Shown here: positions 9,347 through 16,900 of the stretch, in pieces
How positions within the stretch are numbered: the first letter of the stretch is position 1
Layout: each line of letters starts with the position of its first letter
Assembly: GCA_964372165.1 (NCBI GenBank)
Contig: CAYJPT010000001.1
Span: forward strand, 1,106 to 65,105
DNA: 64,000 nucleotides
Source of the DNA: an uncultured Desulfovibrionaceae bacterium
GTDB lineage: Bacteria > Desulfobacterota > Desulfovibrionia > Desulfovibrionales > Desulfovibrionaceae
Direction of reading: 5' to 3'
The notes under the pieces: model-generated
The model's input: only the letters and a program-made list of their open reading frames with translations
Told to the model about the DNA's origin: nothing
Database searches by the model: none
Position numbers and translations under genes: made by a program

Positions 9347-10645
9347 ATGAATAAAGAGCAAGAATTGAACACCATGTCCGATGAGCAAATAGAAAAAAGT
9401 GATTCTTCGTTGGAGTTCAATTATGTGCACAAAAAACTTTCCGTTGGTCGAGCTGTGGCCATGGGAAAAAAAATGGGTATTCGCAACCCACTATTTTTGT
9501 GCCACGATAAAGCTGCCAAAGCTTATACCACCATTGAGGGCAAAGAATACCTCAATTTTTCTACCTATGATTACCTAGACATTAATACACATCCTGAAAT
9601 AACCGCCGCTGTTACTAAAGCTGCAGAAAAATACGGAACTTCTGCCGGTGCAAGCCGCCTTGTTGGTGGGGAGCGCCCACCACATTTAGAGCTTGAACGC
9701 GCCATTGCAGATTTTTATGAAGTTGATGATAGCATTGTTTACGTAAGTGGCCATGCAACCAATGTTTCAACATTGGGTTTTCTCTTCACCTCGCGCGATT
9801 TAATATTGCATGATAATCTTGCACATAACTCCTTAATGCAAGGAGCTAAGCTTTCATCTGCAACGCGCATGTCTTATACGCATGATAACACCGACGCTTT
9901 AGAAGCTATATTAAAACAACGCCGTAATGACTTTCGCCATGTAATAATTGTAACTGAAGGCCTTTTTAGCATGGACGGCAATATACCTGATTTACCACGC
10001 ATCGTTGAACTAAAAAAACAATATAATTGTATGCTACTTGTAGACGAAGCACACTCATTAGGTATACTTGGTGCAACAGGGCGTGGTGCACGTGAGCATT
10101 TTAATATTGACCCCAATGATGTTGACATGTGGATGAGCACCCTTAGTAAATCACTGTGTGGTTGCGGGGGTTTTATTGCCGGCAATAAAAAACTTATTGA
10201 AAACTTAAAGTATGGCTCTCCAGGCTTTGTTTTTAGCGTAGGAATGTCACCTATACTTGCTGTTGCATGCAAAACAGCTCTTGACATAATACAACGTGAA
10301 CCAGAGCGTGTACACAAATTACAACATATTAGTAAGTATTTTCTTGACTATGCCAAAAGCCTCAACCTTGATACTGGTGTTGCACAAGGATATGCCAATG
10401 TTCCAATAATCGTTGGTAATTCTATGGTGACAGGCGTTGTATCCAACGCACTATTAAACCGTGGTATTTACGTTATGCCTATTACTTTCCCGGCAGTGCA
10501 GGAAGGTACAGCAAGACTTCGTTTCTTCTTATCAGCTGCACATTCTGAAGCTGATGTACGAAGAGCACTTGATATTACAGCAGAAGAATTACCAAAGGCT
10601 GCAAAAACCATTGAAGAATGGATTGCAAACAACCCACAAGATTAA
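9347..10645 (+). CDS. PLP-dependent alpha-oxoamine synthase family enzyme (BioF / serine palmitoyltransferase / CqsA class)
   Basis: 432 aa with a class-II aminotransferase fold. VDEAHS and the PLP-lysine motif STLSKSL (about nt 10136-10160). SD-like GGGAGA precedes the ATG. Confidence 0.85.
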   Translation: MNKEQELNTMSDEQIEKSDSSLEFNYVHKKLSVGRAVAMGKKMGIRNPLFLCHDKAAKAYTTIEGKEYLNFSTYDYLDINTHPEITAAVTKAAEKYGTSAGASRLVGGERPPHLELERAIADFYEVDDSIVYVSGHATNVSTLGFLFTSRDLILHDNLAHNSLMQGAKLSSATRMSYTHDNTDALEAILKQRRNDFRHVIIVTEGLFSMDGNIPDLPRIVELKKQYNCMLLVDEAHSLGILGATGRGAREHFNIDPNDVDMWMSTLSKSLCGCGGFIAGNKKLIENLKYGSPGFVFSVGMSPILAVACKTALDIIQREPERVHKLQHISKYFLDYAKSLNLDTGVAQGYANVPIIVGNSMVTGVVSNALLNRGIYVMPITFPAVQEGTARLRFFLSAAHSEADVRRALDITAEELPKAAKTIEEWIANNPQD

Positions 10646-10834
10646 GTATTCACTTTAACAAGATAATTTTCACACTTTGTGCTATGCACTTAATGAATAT
10701 TATTTATTAGTGAACATTTTTTAGTAAAAAAATACTGCGCATCGTTATATTATGTTTCTTTTTGTCAAACAATGTACAGGCAAAAAGCTAGTGAAACATT
10801 CAAAAATTACAGTATAAAATACAAATTTATGACA

Positions 10835-10876
10835 ATTGAAGACCTCTGCGCAATCTATTGTGCAGAGGTCTTCAAT
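10835..10876. repeat. 20-bp-stem palindromic hairpin of the CTCTGCACAAT / ATTGTGCAGAG repeat family
   Basis: TTGAAGACCTCTGCGCAAT-CT-ATTGTGCAGAGGTCTTCAA has one G-T pair and no U-tract. The same arm sequence bounds the elements at 16626-16828 and 53110-53194. Confidence 0.6.
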
Positions 10877-10919
10877 CTTAAAAATACAAATATGTCATTG
10901 GGCATAATATGGAGTTACT

Positions 10920-12839
10920 ATGTGTGGCATAGCAGGTTTTTATCAACTTGATGGGCAAAATTTACCGCATGAAGCCTCTACATGGCTAAAAAATATGACA
11001 GACGCCATAAACTATCGTGGCCCAGACGGTGAGGGACAATGGATTGATGGTGCTGTTGCTCTAGGGCATAGGCGCCTTTCTATAATTGACCTAAAAACTG
11101 GTGCGCAGCCTATGTCAGATGCCTCTGACCAAGTATGGGTTACCTTCAATGGTGAAATATATAATTTTCCAGCACTACGTGAAGAATTAAAAGCACGCGG
11201 TTGCACCTTTCGCACAAACTCAGATACAGAAGTTATACTATATGCTTGGCAAGAATGGGGTAAGGATTGTGTGCAGCATTTTGAAGGCATGTTTGCCTTT
11301 GTCTTATATGATAAAAGACAAAAAATCCTTTTTTGCGCTAGGGATCGTTTTGGGAAAAAACCTTTCTATTACACGATTCAACAGGGTCGCTTTATTTTTG
11401 CCTCAGAACTTACAGCTATAAAATGCTTTCCAAACTTGAGCTTAAGTGTAAAGCCACAATCTCTTATGCGTTATTTAGCATATGAGTATGCGCCAACACC
11501 TGAGTGCATTTATACCGAAGTGCAAAAACTGCCTCCTTCACACAGCCTCATGCTATGTGAAGGAAAAACAACACTGTCGCGCTATTGGGAAATACCAACG
11601 CCGCTTGAAAATGTCACAGTTTCTGAAGATGACCTTGCAAGTGAGCTTTGCCACCTGCTAGACAAAGCTGTGGAGCGGCGCATGATAAGTGATGTGCCAC
11701 TTGGTGTTTTTCTATCCGGTGGTATTGATTCTTCAATAATCACAGCCCTAATGGCTGGCAAAGCTGATAAAATAAAAACATTTTCCATAGGGTTTAAAGA
11801 AGCAAGCTATGATGAGTCACAATATGCGCGCATTATTGCAAACCACTATACAACCGACCATTGCGAGCACATACTATCCGCCGATTATTGCGCAGAAATT
11901 TTGCCAGATGTTATAAGTCGTCTTGATGAGCCTATGGCTGACGCATCTGTTGCGCCAACATATTTATTATCAGAGCTTACCCGAAAGCATGTTACTGTGG
12001 CCCTTGGCGGTGACGGATCAGATGAATTATTTGCAGGCTATGAACATTTTATTGGCTTAAAAGTTGCTGAACATTACAACAAATGGCCTTCATTGTTGCG
12101 TAAAGGAATTGAAGGTATTTCATCAAGTTTACCTGCCAGTTCAAACTATATTAACTTAAACAATGCATTATCTACTTTTCTGGGTGCAGCTTATGCTCCA
12201 CCATGGCAAAGAGTACAAAGCTTGCTCACAGCCTTTACCCCTGAAATGCAACAAGATATTTGGAATAAAAATTTTATCAAGGATAACCATGATTTTTTAG
12301 CTTTAGATTCACTTTTTGCACCTACTAAGGAACATTTTTCCCACTGGCCAACCTCCAGCGCAGTGGGCAATGTAGAAAGAGCTGCTTATGTTTATGCACG
12401 ACAATTTCTTGTCGATGATATTTTAACTAAAGTGGATCGCTGCTCAATGTTGAAATCGCTTGAAGTGCGAGCACCATTTTTAGATACACAAGTGGCAGAA
12501 TTTGCAGCTAGACTACCACTACAGTATAAACTTAAAGGATTTAAAAGAAAATACTTACTTAAAAAAGCTTGTTCTGGGCTTTTACCCAAGGAAATTCTTA
12601 ATCGCAATAAGCGCGGATTTCAGATTCCAGTGGCCGCATGGTTACGAGGTTCCTTACGCCCCATGGTAGAAGAGTTATTAGGGGAACGCTTTTTGCAAGA
12701 ACAAGGTGTATTTAGTGTACCACACATTAAATCACTGGTAGATACGCACATGAGTGGCAAAAAAGATTTACGCAAGCCCCTTTGGACTTTGCTTGTGCTA
12801 CAAATGTGGTGGAGGGCAAACAAGCCAAAAATTTTATAA
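10920..12839 (+). CDS. Asparagine synthase (glutamine-hydrolysing) family amidotransferase, probable pathway-specific paralog
   Basis: N-terminal MCGIAG (Ntn Cys2), the SGGIDSS PP-loop, 639 aa. Confidence 0.9.
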   Translation: MCGIAGFYQLDGQNLPHEASTWLKNMTDAINYRGPDGEGQWIDGAVALGHRRLSIIDLKTGAQPMSDASDQVWVTFNGEIYNFPALREELKARGCTFRTNSDTEVILYAWQEWGKDCVQHFEGMFAFVLYDKRQKILFCARDRFGKKPFYYTIQQGRFIFASELTAIKCFPNLSLSVKPQSLMRYLAYEYAPTPECIYTEVQKLPPSHSLMLCEGKTTLSRYWEIPTPLENVTVSEDDLASELCHLLDKAVERRMISDVPLGVFLSGGIDSSIITALMAGKADKIKTFSIGFKEASYDESQYARIIANHYTTDHCEHILSADYCAEILPDVISRLDEPMADASVAPTYLLSELTRKHVTVALGGDGSDELFAGYEHFIGLKVAEHYNKWPSLLRKGIEGISSSLPASSNYINLNNALSTFLGAAYAPPWQRVQSLLTAFTPEMQQDIWNKNFIKDNHDFLALDSLFAPTKEHFSHWPTSSAVGNVERAAYVYARQFLVDDILTKVDRCSMLKSLEVRAPFLDTQVAEFAARLPLQYKLKGFKRKYLLKKACSGLLPKEILNRNKRGFQIPVAAWLRGSLRPMVEELLGERFLQEQGVFSVPHIKSLVDTHMSGKKDLRKPLWTLLVLQMWWRANKPKIL

Positions 12840-12885
12840 ACAGTCTTTTTAATTATAAAATACAGACTGTTCACTGGAGGAAGCT

Positions 12886-13515
12886 ATGTTTAAACGTCTA
12901 ATTTTTACTGCACTATTATGCCTTATTATGGTTGTGCCTGCTGCGGCAGAAACTTCCGGATTTTATGCTGGAGGTAAATTTATTTACTCCTATCAAACTT
13001 CTTGGGGCGGTGGATTATTTAGTGAATCCTACTCTCAAAGTGTCACTGGTGGTGGTTTTTTTGCAGGCTATGATTTTTATCAACAAAGTGACCTACCCAT
13101 ACGTGCTGAAATAGAATATGCTTTTCGTGGAAACCTTTATAAGGAAGATAATGCATCAGGCTACGCATCAGAAACTTTTTATAATATGCAAACATTATTA
13201 GTTAATTTTTATTATGACTTTTACAATGAAAGTTCCTTTACCCCCTATGTAGGTGCAGGTTTAGGTGTTGGATTTATGAATGGTAATTATAAATTTGATG
13301 TATCCGGAAGCAGTTTTGAAGGTAGTATGACCGACACAGTGCTTGCCTGGCATGTAGGTGGCGGTGTTGGCTATGCCATAACAGATAGAATTACTGCTGA
13401 CCTTGGTTATCGCTATCAAACCTTTGGCAGTAGCTACAAAGATTCCAACAATCAAGAGTTTGAAACTTCCACCAGCGGCCATGAAATAAGCCTTGGTGTA
13501 CGCTTTAACTTCTAA
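12886..13515 (+). CDS. Small outer-membrane beta-barrel protein
   Basis: Signal peptide ending AAAE, alternating aromatic/Gly beta-strand pattern, and the C-terminal GVRFNF with a terminal Phe typical of OMPs. Confidence 0.75.
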   Translation: MFKRLIFTALLCLIMVVPAAAETSGFYAGGKFIYSYQTSWGGGLFSESYSQSVTGGGFFAGYDFYQQSDLPIRAEIEYAFRGNLYKEDNASGYASETFYNMQTLLVNFYYDFYNESSFTPYVGAGLGVGFMNGNYKFDVSGSSFEGSMTDTVLAWHVGGGVGYAITDRITADLGYRYQTFGSSYKDSNNQEFETSTSGHEISLGVRFNF

Positions 13516-13520
13516 AATCA

Positions 13521-13542
13521 TCCGCACAATAAATTGTGCAGA
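13521..13542. repeat. Degenerate copy of the GCACAAT-ATTGTGC palindrome
   Basis: TCCGCACAAT-AA-ATTGTGCAGAA, immediately after the OMP stop codon. Confidence 0.45.
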
Positions 13543-13566
13543 AGTCTAAAATTTCATTAACAAAAC

Positions 13567-13606
13567 AAAAAGGTCTCTACGGCAAATGCTGTGGAGACCT
13601 TTTTGT
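13567..13606. terminator. Bidirectional intrinsic terminator between the OMP gene and lepA
   Basis: AAAAGGTCTCTAC-GGCAAATGCT-GTGGAGACCTTTTTGTTT has a 10-bp stem (one G-T pair) with A-run and T-run flanks. It sits in a convergent intergenic region. Confidence 0.6.
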
Positions 13607-13673
13607 TTAAATGTATAAAACTTTTATATCAAATCCTTAACATATAAGACTACTCAATACCAACACCAGGATA

Positions 13674-15479
13674 TTAATCATCACCCACTTGTAGGGCAGC
13701 TAAAAATGCTTCTTGCGGTAATTCAACATTACCCATACGCTTCATACGTTTTTTGCCTTCTTTTTGTTTTTCAAGCAATTTACGTTTACGTGTAATATCA
13801 CCGCCATAGCATTTTGCAGTAACATTTTTTCTAAATGCAGACACCGTTTCACGGGCAATAACTTTTTGCCCAATGGCTGCTTGAATGGCTACTTCAAAAA
13901 GTTGACGAGGAATGGTGCGCTTAAGCTTTAAGGCTAAAGCTCTGCCATAATGATAAGATTTATCCTTATGTACAATAACAGCTAAGGCATCAACTGCTTC
14001 GCCATTTAATAAAATATCAAGTCGTACTAAGTTTGAAGCGCGATACTCAATGAATTCATAATCCATTGAAGCATAACCCTTAGTGCCAGACTTTAAACGA
14101 TCAAAAAAATCAAATACAATTTCTGCAAAGGGCAATTCATAGGTAATAACCACACGATTAGTTGCTAAGTAGTGTAAGTTTTTTTGCAGCCCGCGTTTTT
14201 CTTCACATAATTTAAAAACATTACCCACAAAGTCATTGGGTACATGTATATCCATTTTAACAAAAGGTTCATAAAGTGTTGCAATTTTTGTGGCATCTGG
14301 CAACTTTGACGGATTATCTATATCAAGGGTTTTGTCATCAACTGTTTCAACCTTATAGATAACTGACGGTGCAGTTGCAATTAATTGCACCTCAAACTCT
14401 CGTTCAAGTCGCTCTTGTATAATTTCCATATGCAAAAGCCCCAAAAAACCACAACGAAATCCAAAACCAAGAGCTTGTGACGTTTCCGGCTCATAAGAAA
14501 AAGCTGAGTCATTAAGTTGTAATTTTTCCAATGCAGCTTTTAGCGTTTCATAATCGTCTGATTCTGATGGATAAAGCCCACAAAAAACCATGGGCTGAAC
14601 TTCTTTAAAACCTGGTACAGCCTCAGTTGCTGGCTCATCACGCAATGTAATAGTATCACCTACCTTGGCATCACCAAGCTCTTTTATACTGCCACATAAA
14701 AAACCTACCTCACCGGCGGATAATTGTGGCACATCTTGAGCCTCAGGAGAAAAAACTCCCAAGCGCAAAACTTCGTATTCCTTACCCGTAGCCATAAGTT
14801 TGATACGGTCATTTTTACGAATTGTACCATCAACAATGCGAAAAAGCACTACAACACCTTGATAGCTATCATACCAAGAGTCAAAAATAAGTGCTTTTAA
14901 TGGAGCTTGCCCATCACCTTCTGGGGCAGGTAAGCGACGAATTAAAGCCTCAAGTACCTCTGCAACACCTTCGCCTGTTTTAGCAGACACAGGTAAAGCC
15001 TCGGTACAATCAAGCCCTATAGATTCCTCAATTTCTTCTTTAACTCTATCTACGTCTGCACTTGGCAAATCAATTTTATTTAAAACAGGAATAATTTCAT
15101 GGTCATGATCAAGTGCCAAATATACATTGGCAAGGGTTTGAGCTTCCACACCCTGAGTTGCATCAACTACAAGCAAAGCACCATCGCATGCTGCAAGGGA
15201 GCGAGAAACCTCATAGTTAAAGTCCACATGTCCTGGTGTATCAATTAGATTTAATATATATTCATCACCAGTTGCAGACTTAAAAGGTATGCGCACCGTT
15301 TGTGCTTTAATGGTAATTCCGCGTTCACGCTCAAGATCCATCTTATCAAGATATTGATCGCGCTTTTCCCGCTCGGAGACCAATTTTGTGACTTCCAAAA
15401 TACGGTCTGCTAGTGTAGACTTACCGTGGTCAATATGGGCAATTATAGAAAAGTTTCGTATGTGTTCTTGTTTTGGCAT
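13674..15479 (-). CDS. lepA: Translation elongation factor 4 (LepA)
   Basis: [28 protein letters not shown] and NKIDL GTPase motifs, plus the LepA C-terminal domain. Track ORF trimmed to the ATG at 15479 ([10 protein letters not shown]). Confidence 0.95.
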   Translation of the reverse strand: MPKQEHIRNFSIIAHIDHGKSTLADRILEVTKLVSEREKRDQYLDKMDLERERGITIKAQTVRIPFKSATGDEYILNLIDTPGHVDFNYEVSRSLAACDGALLVVDATQGVEAQTLANVYLALDHDHEIIPVLNKIDLPSADVDRVKEEIEESIGLDCTEALPVSAKTGEGVAEVLEALIRRLPAPEGDGQAPLKALIFDSWYDSYQGVVVLFRIVDGTIRKNDRIKLMATGKEYEVLRLGVFSPEAQDVPQLSAGEVGFLCGSIKELGDAKVGDTITLRDEPATEAVPGFKEVQPMVFCGLYPSESDDYETLKAALEKLQLNDSAFSYEPETSQALGFGFRCGFLGLLHMEIIQERLEREFEVQLIATAPSVIYKVETVDDKTLDIDNPSKLPDATKIATLYEPFVKMDIHVPNDFVGNVFKLCEEKRGLQKNLHYLATNRVVITYELPFAEIVFDFFDRLKSGTKGYASMDYEFIEYRASNLVRLDILLNGEAVDALAVIVHKDKSYHYGRALALKLKRTIPRQLFEVAIQAAIGQKVIARETVSAFRKNVTAKCYGGDITRKRKLLEKQKEGKKRMKRMGNVELPQEAFLAALQVGDD

Positions 15480-15624
15480 AACATTGAATGTTAGCGTAAA
15501 TATGCACAAAAGTCCAAACTTGTTTTTGCATGTTTTTTACAAAGACACTCAGCATATACATTCTTTTATTTCAACACCTTGCCTTTACATTAATGTTTTT
15601 TTTAACATGAGTACCATAATACAC

Positions 15625-15815
15625 TTAAGGAAACGCATATTAAATTAACGAGTCAAAAAACATATTGTGCGTTTCCTTGCAAAGTAGGCAATTGTGCCTG
15701 CTTTGCACGCCGAATGAGAGCAAAAAACCACGTTTTTTTGCGTCCCACAGGGCGAATGAAGGCAGTGTGCCTTTCTGATTTATGCTGCTTGCAGAATAAA
15801 TCAGCATTTCCTTAA
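15625..15815 (+). repeat. Structured repeat (TTAAGGAAA-terminated family), long copy, in the lepA / glycosylase divergent promoter region
   Basis: An 82-nt core (15667-15748) matches the reverse complement of 32709-32850 with 5 mismatches. Hairpins include AAGGAAACGC...GCGTTTCCTT, CAAAGTAGGCA-ATTG-TGCCTGCTTTG and GCAAAAAA...TTTTTTGC. It carries about 50 extra nt (two hairpins) absent from the other copy. Confidence 0.65.
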
Positions 15816-15827
15816 TTTGGAGCTTAT

Positions 15828-16469
15828 ATGTATTTTAATTATGACGACCATGCTATAGCACATTTAAAAAAGCGTGATACTGCACTTTCAAAAGCCATTG
15901 AACAAATAGGGCATATTAATCGCGAAGTTAATTCAGATATTTTTACTTCCATTATAAAGCACATTGTAGGTCAGCAAATATCTACTGTTGCTCAGGAAAC
16001 AATTTACACAAGGCTTACCGAAAAATTTTCTTGCCTTGATGCCTCTAGTTTGTGTGCTTGCCCACGAGATGAATTGCAAGCATGTGGACTCAGCTTTAGA
16101 AAGGTAGATTACATCCAAGATTTTGCAAGAAAAGTACGTGGTAATGAATTCTGTGTAACAAGCCTTGCCCAAATGTCTGATGATCAAGTAATTGAACAAC
16201 TAAGTGCACTTAGAGGCATTGGAGTTTGGACAGCAGAAATGCTATTACTTTTTTGCCTACAAAGACCAGATGTTGTAAGCTTTGGTGATTTAGCAATTCT
16301 ACGTGGCATGCGCATGCTTTATCGTCATCGTAAAATTGATAAAAAATTATTTGCTAAATATGCAAAACGGTATTCGCCCTATGGCTCTGTTGCAAGTTTA
16401 TATCTTTGGGCCATTGCCGGCGGAGCAATGCCAGAACTTACTGACCCTGCACCAAAAAAGAAAGCATAG
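15828..16469 (+). CDS. DNA-3-methyladenine glycosylase II family (HhH-GPD)
   Basis: HhH motif LRGIGVWTAEMLLLF followed by GDLAILRG with the catalytic Asp. 213 aa. Confidence 0.8.
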   Translation: MYFNYDDHAIAHLKKRDTALSKAIEQIGHINREVNSDIFTSIIKHIVGQQISTVAQETIYTRLTEKFSCLDASSLCACPRDELQACGLSFRKVDYIQDFARKVRGNEFCVTSLAQMSDDQVIEQLSALRGIGVWTAEMLLLFCLQRPDVVSFGDLAILRGMRMLYRHRKIDKKLFAKYAKRYSPYGSVASLYLWAIAGGAMPELTDPAPKKKA

Positions 16470-16560
16470 CTATGTATTAAATGCTATAAAATTGCAGTGA
16501 CGCACATTTCATGCTTTGTTTCTGATAATTTATCTAAAAAAATAAGTATACAACAAACAA

Positions 16561-16602
16561 AATTGCCAGAAAATAGCTTTTGATACTATTTTCTGGCAAT
16601 TT
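16561..16602. terminator. Long hairpin, probable terminator downstream of the glycosylase gene
   Basis: AAATTGCCAGAAAATA-loop-TATTTTCTGGCAATTT has a 16-bp perfect stem followed by TTT. Confidence 0.55.
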
Positions 16603-16625
16603 TACTAATATTTTATAATACTGAA

Positions 16626-16828
16626 AGCTCTGCACAATTGTTTTCAGATATGAATTAATGGTTAAAACTTAAAATCTACTTAAACACCACAGCCAAGCGT
16701 ACAGAGCGAAAGGCACGAAAATCAATCACTTAACGGTGAAGCAAAGCTCCACCTATTCTTGATTTTCGGTTGCGCTGATTAACGTCAACGCTCTATGAAC
16801 CTCTACATAATGAGTTATGCAGAGGTTT
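16626..16828. repeat. Composite element: CTCTGCACAAT-type inverted ends enclosing the structured module also seen at 8849-8936
   Basis: Left end AGCTCTGCACAATTG (16626-16640); right end TTATGCAGAGGTT (about 16815-16828). The first ~60 nt align with 53110-53170. The core at 16709-16794 aligns with 8849-8936 with compensatory changes in two hairpins. Confidence 0.6.
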
Positions 16829-16864
16829 CAATACTGTTATTTTATTTACGTAATTCGCACACAT

Positions 16865-16900
16865 TTAAGGAAACCCTGATTAAATCAGCATTTCCTTAAA
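16865..16900. repeat. Solo TTTAAGGAAA...TTTCCTTAAA hairpin overlapping the cobA-hemD stop codon
   Basis: TTTAAGGAAACCCTGATTAAATCAGCATTTCCTTAAA has an inner CTGATT/AATCAG stem. The TAA stop of the minus-strand gene (16898-16896) lies inside the right arm. Confidence 0.5.

Noticed and set aside
15480-15509. N-terminal extensions in the ORF track (also 23364-23432, 24548-24595, 32134-32154, 37928-37987, 38292-38375, 43784-43918, 54635-54712, 61384-61494, 973-1029)
   Set aside because: Several begin at non-ATG codons and lack an SD. They precede an internal ATG that has an SD and matches the family-typical N-terminus or signal peptide. The starts were trimmed accordingly.
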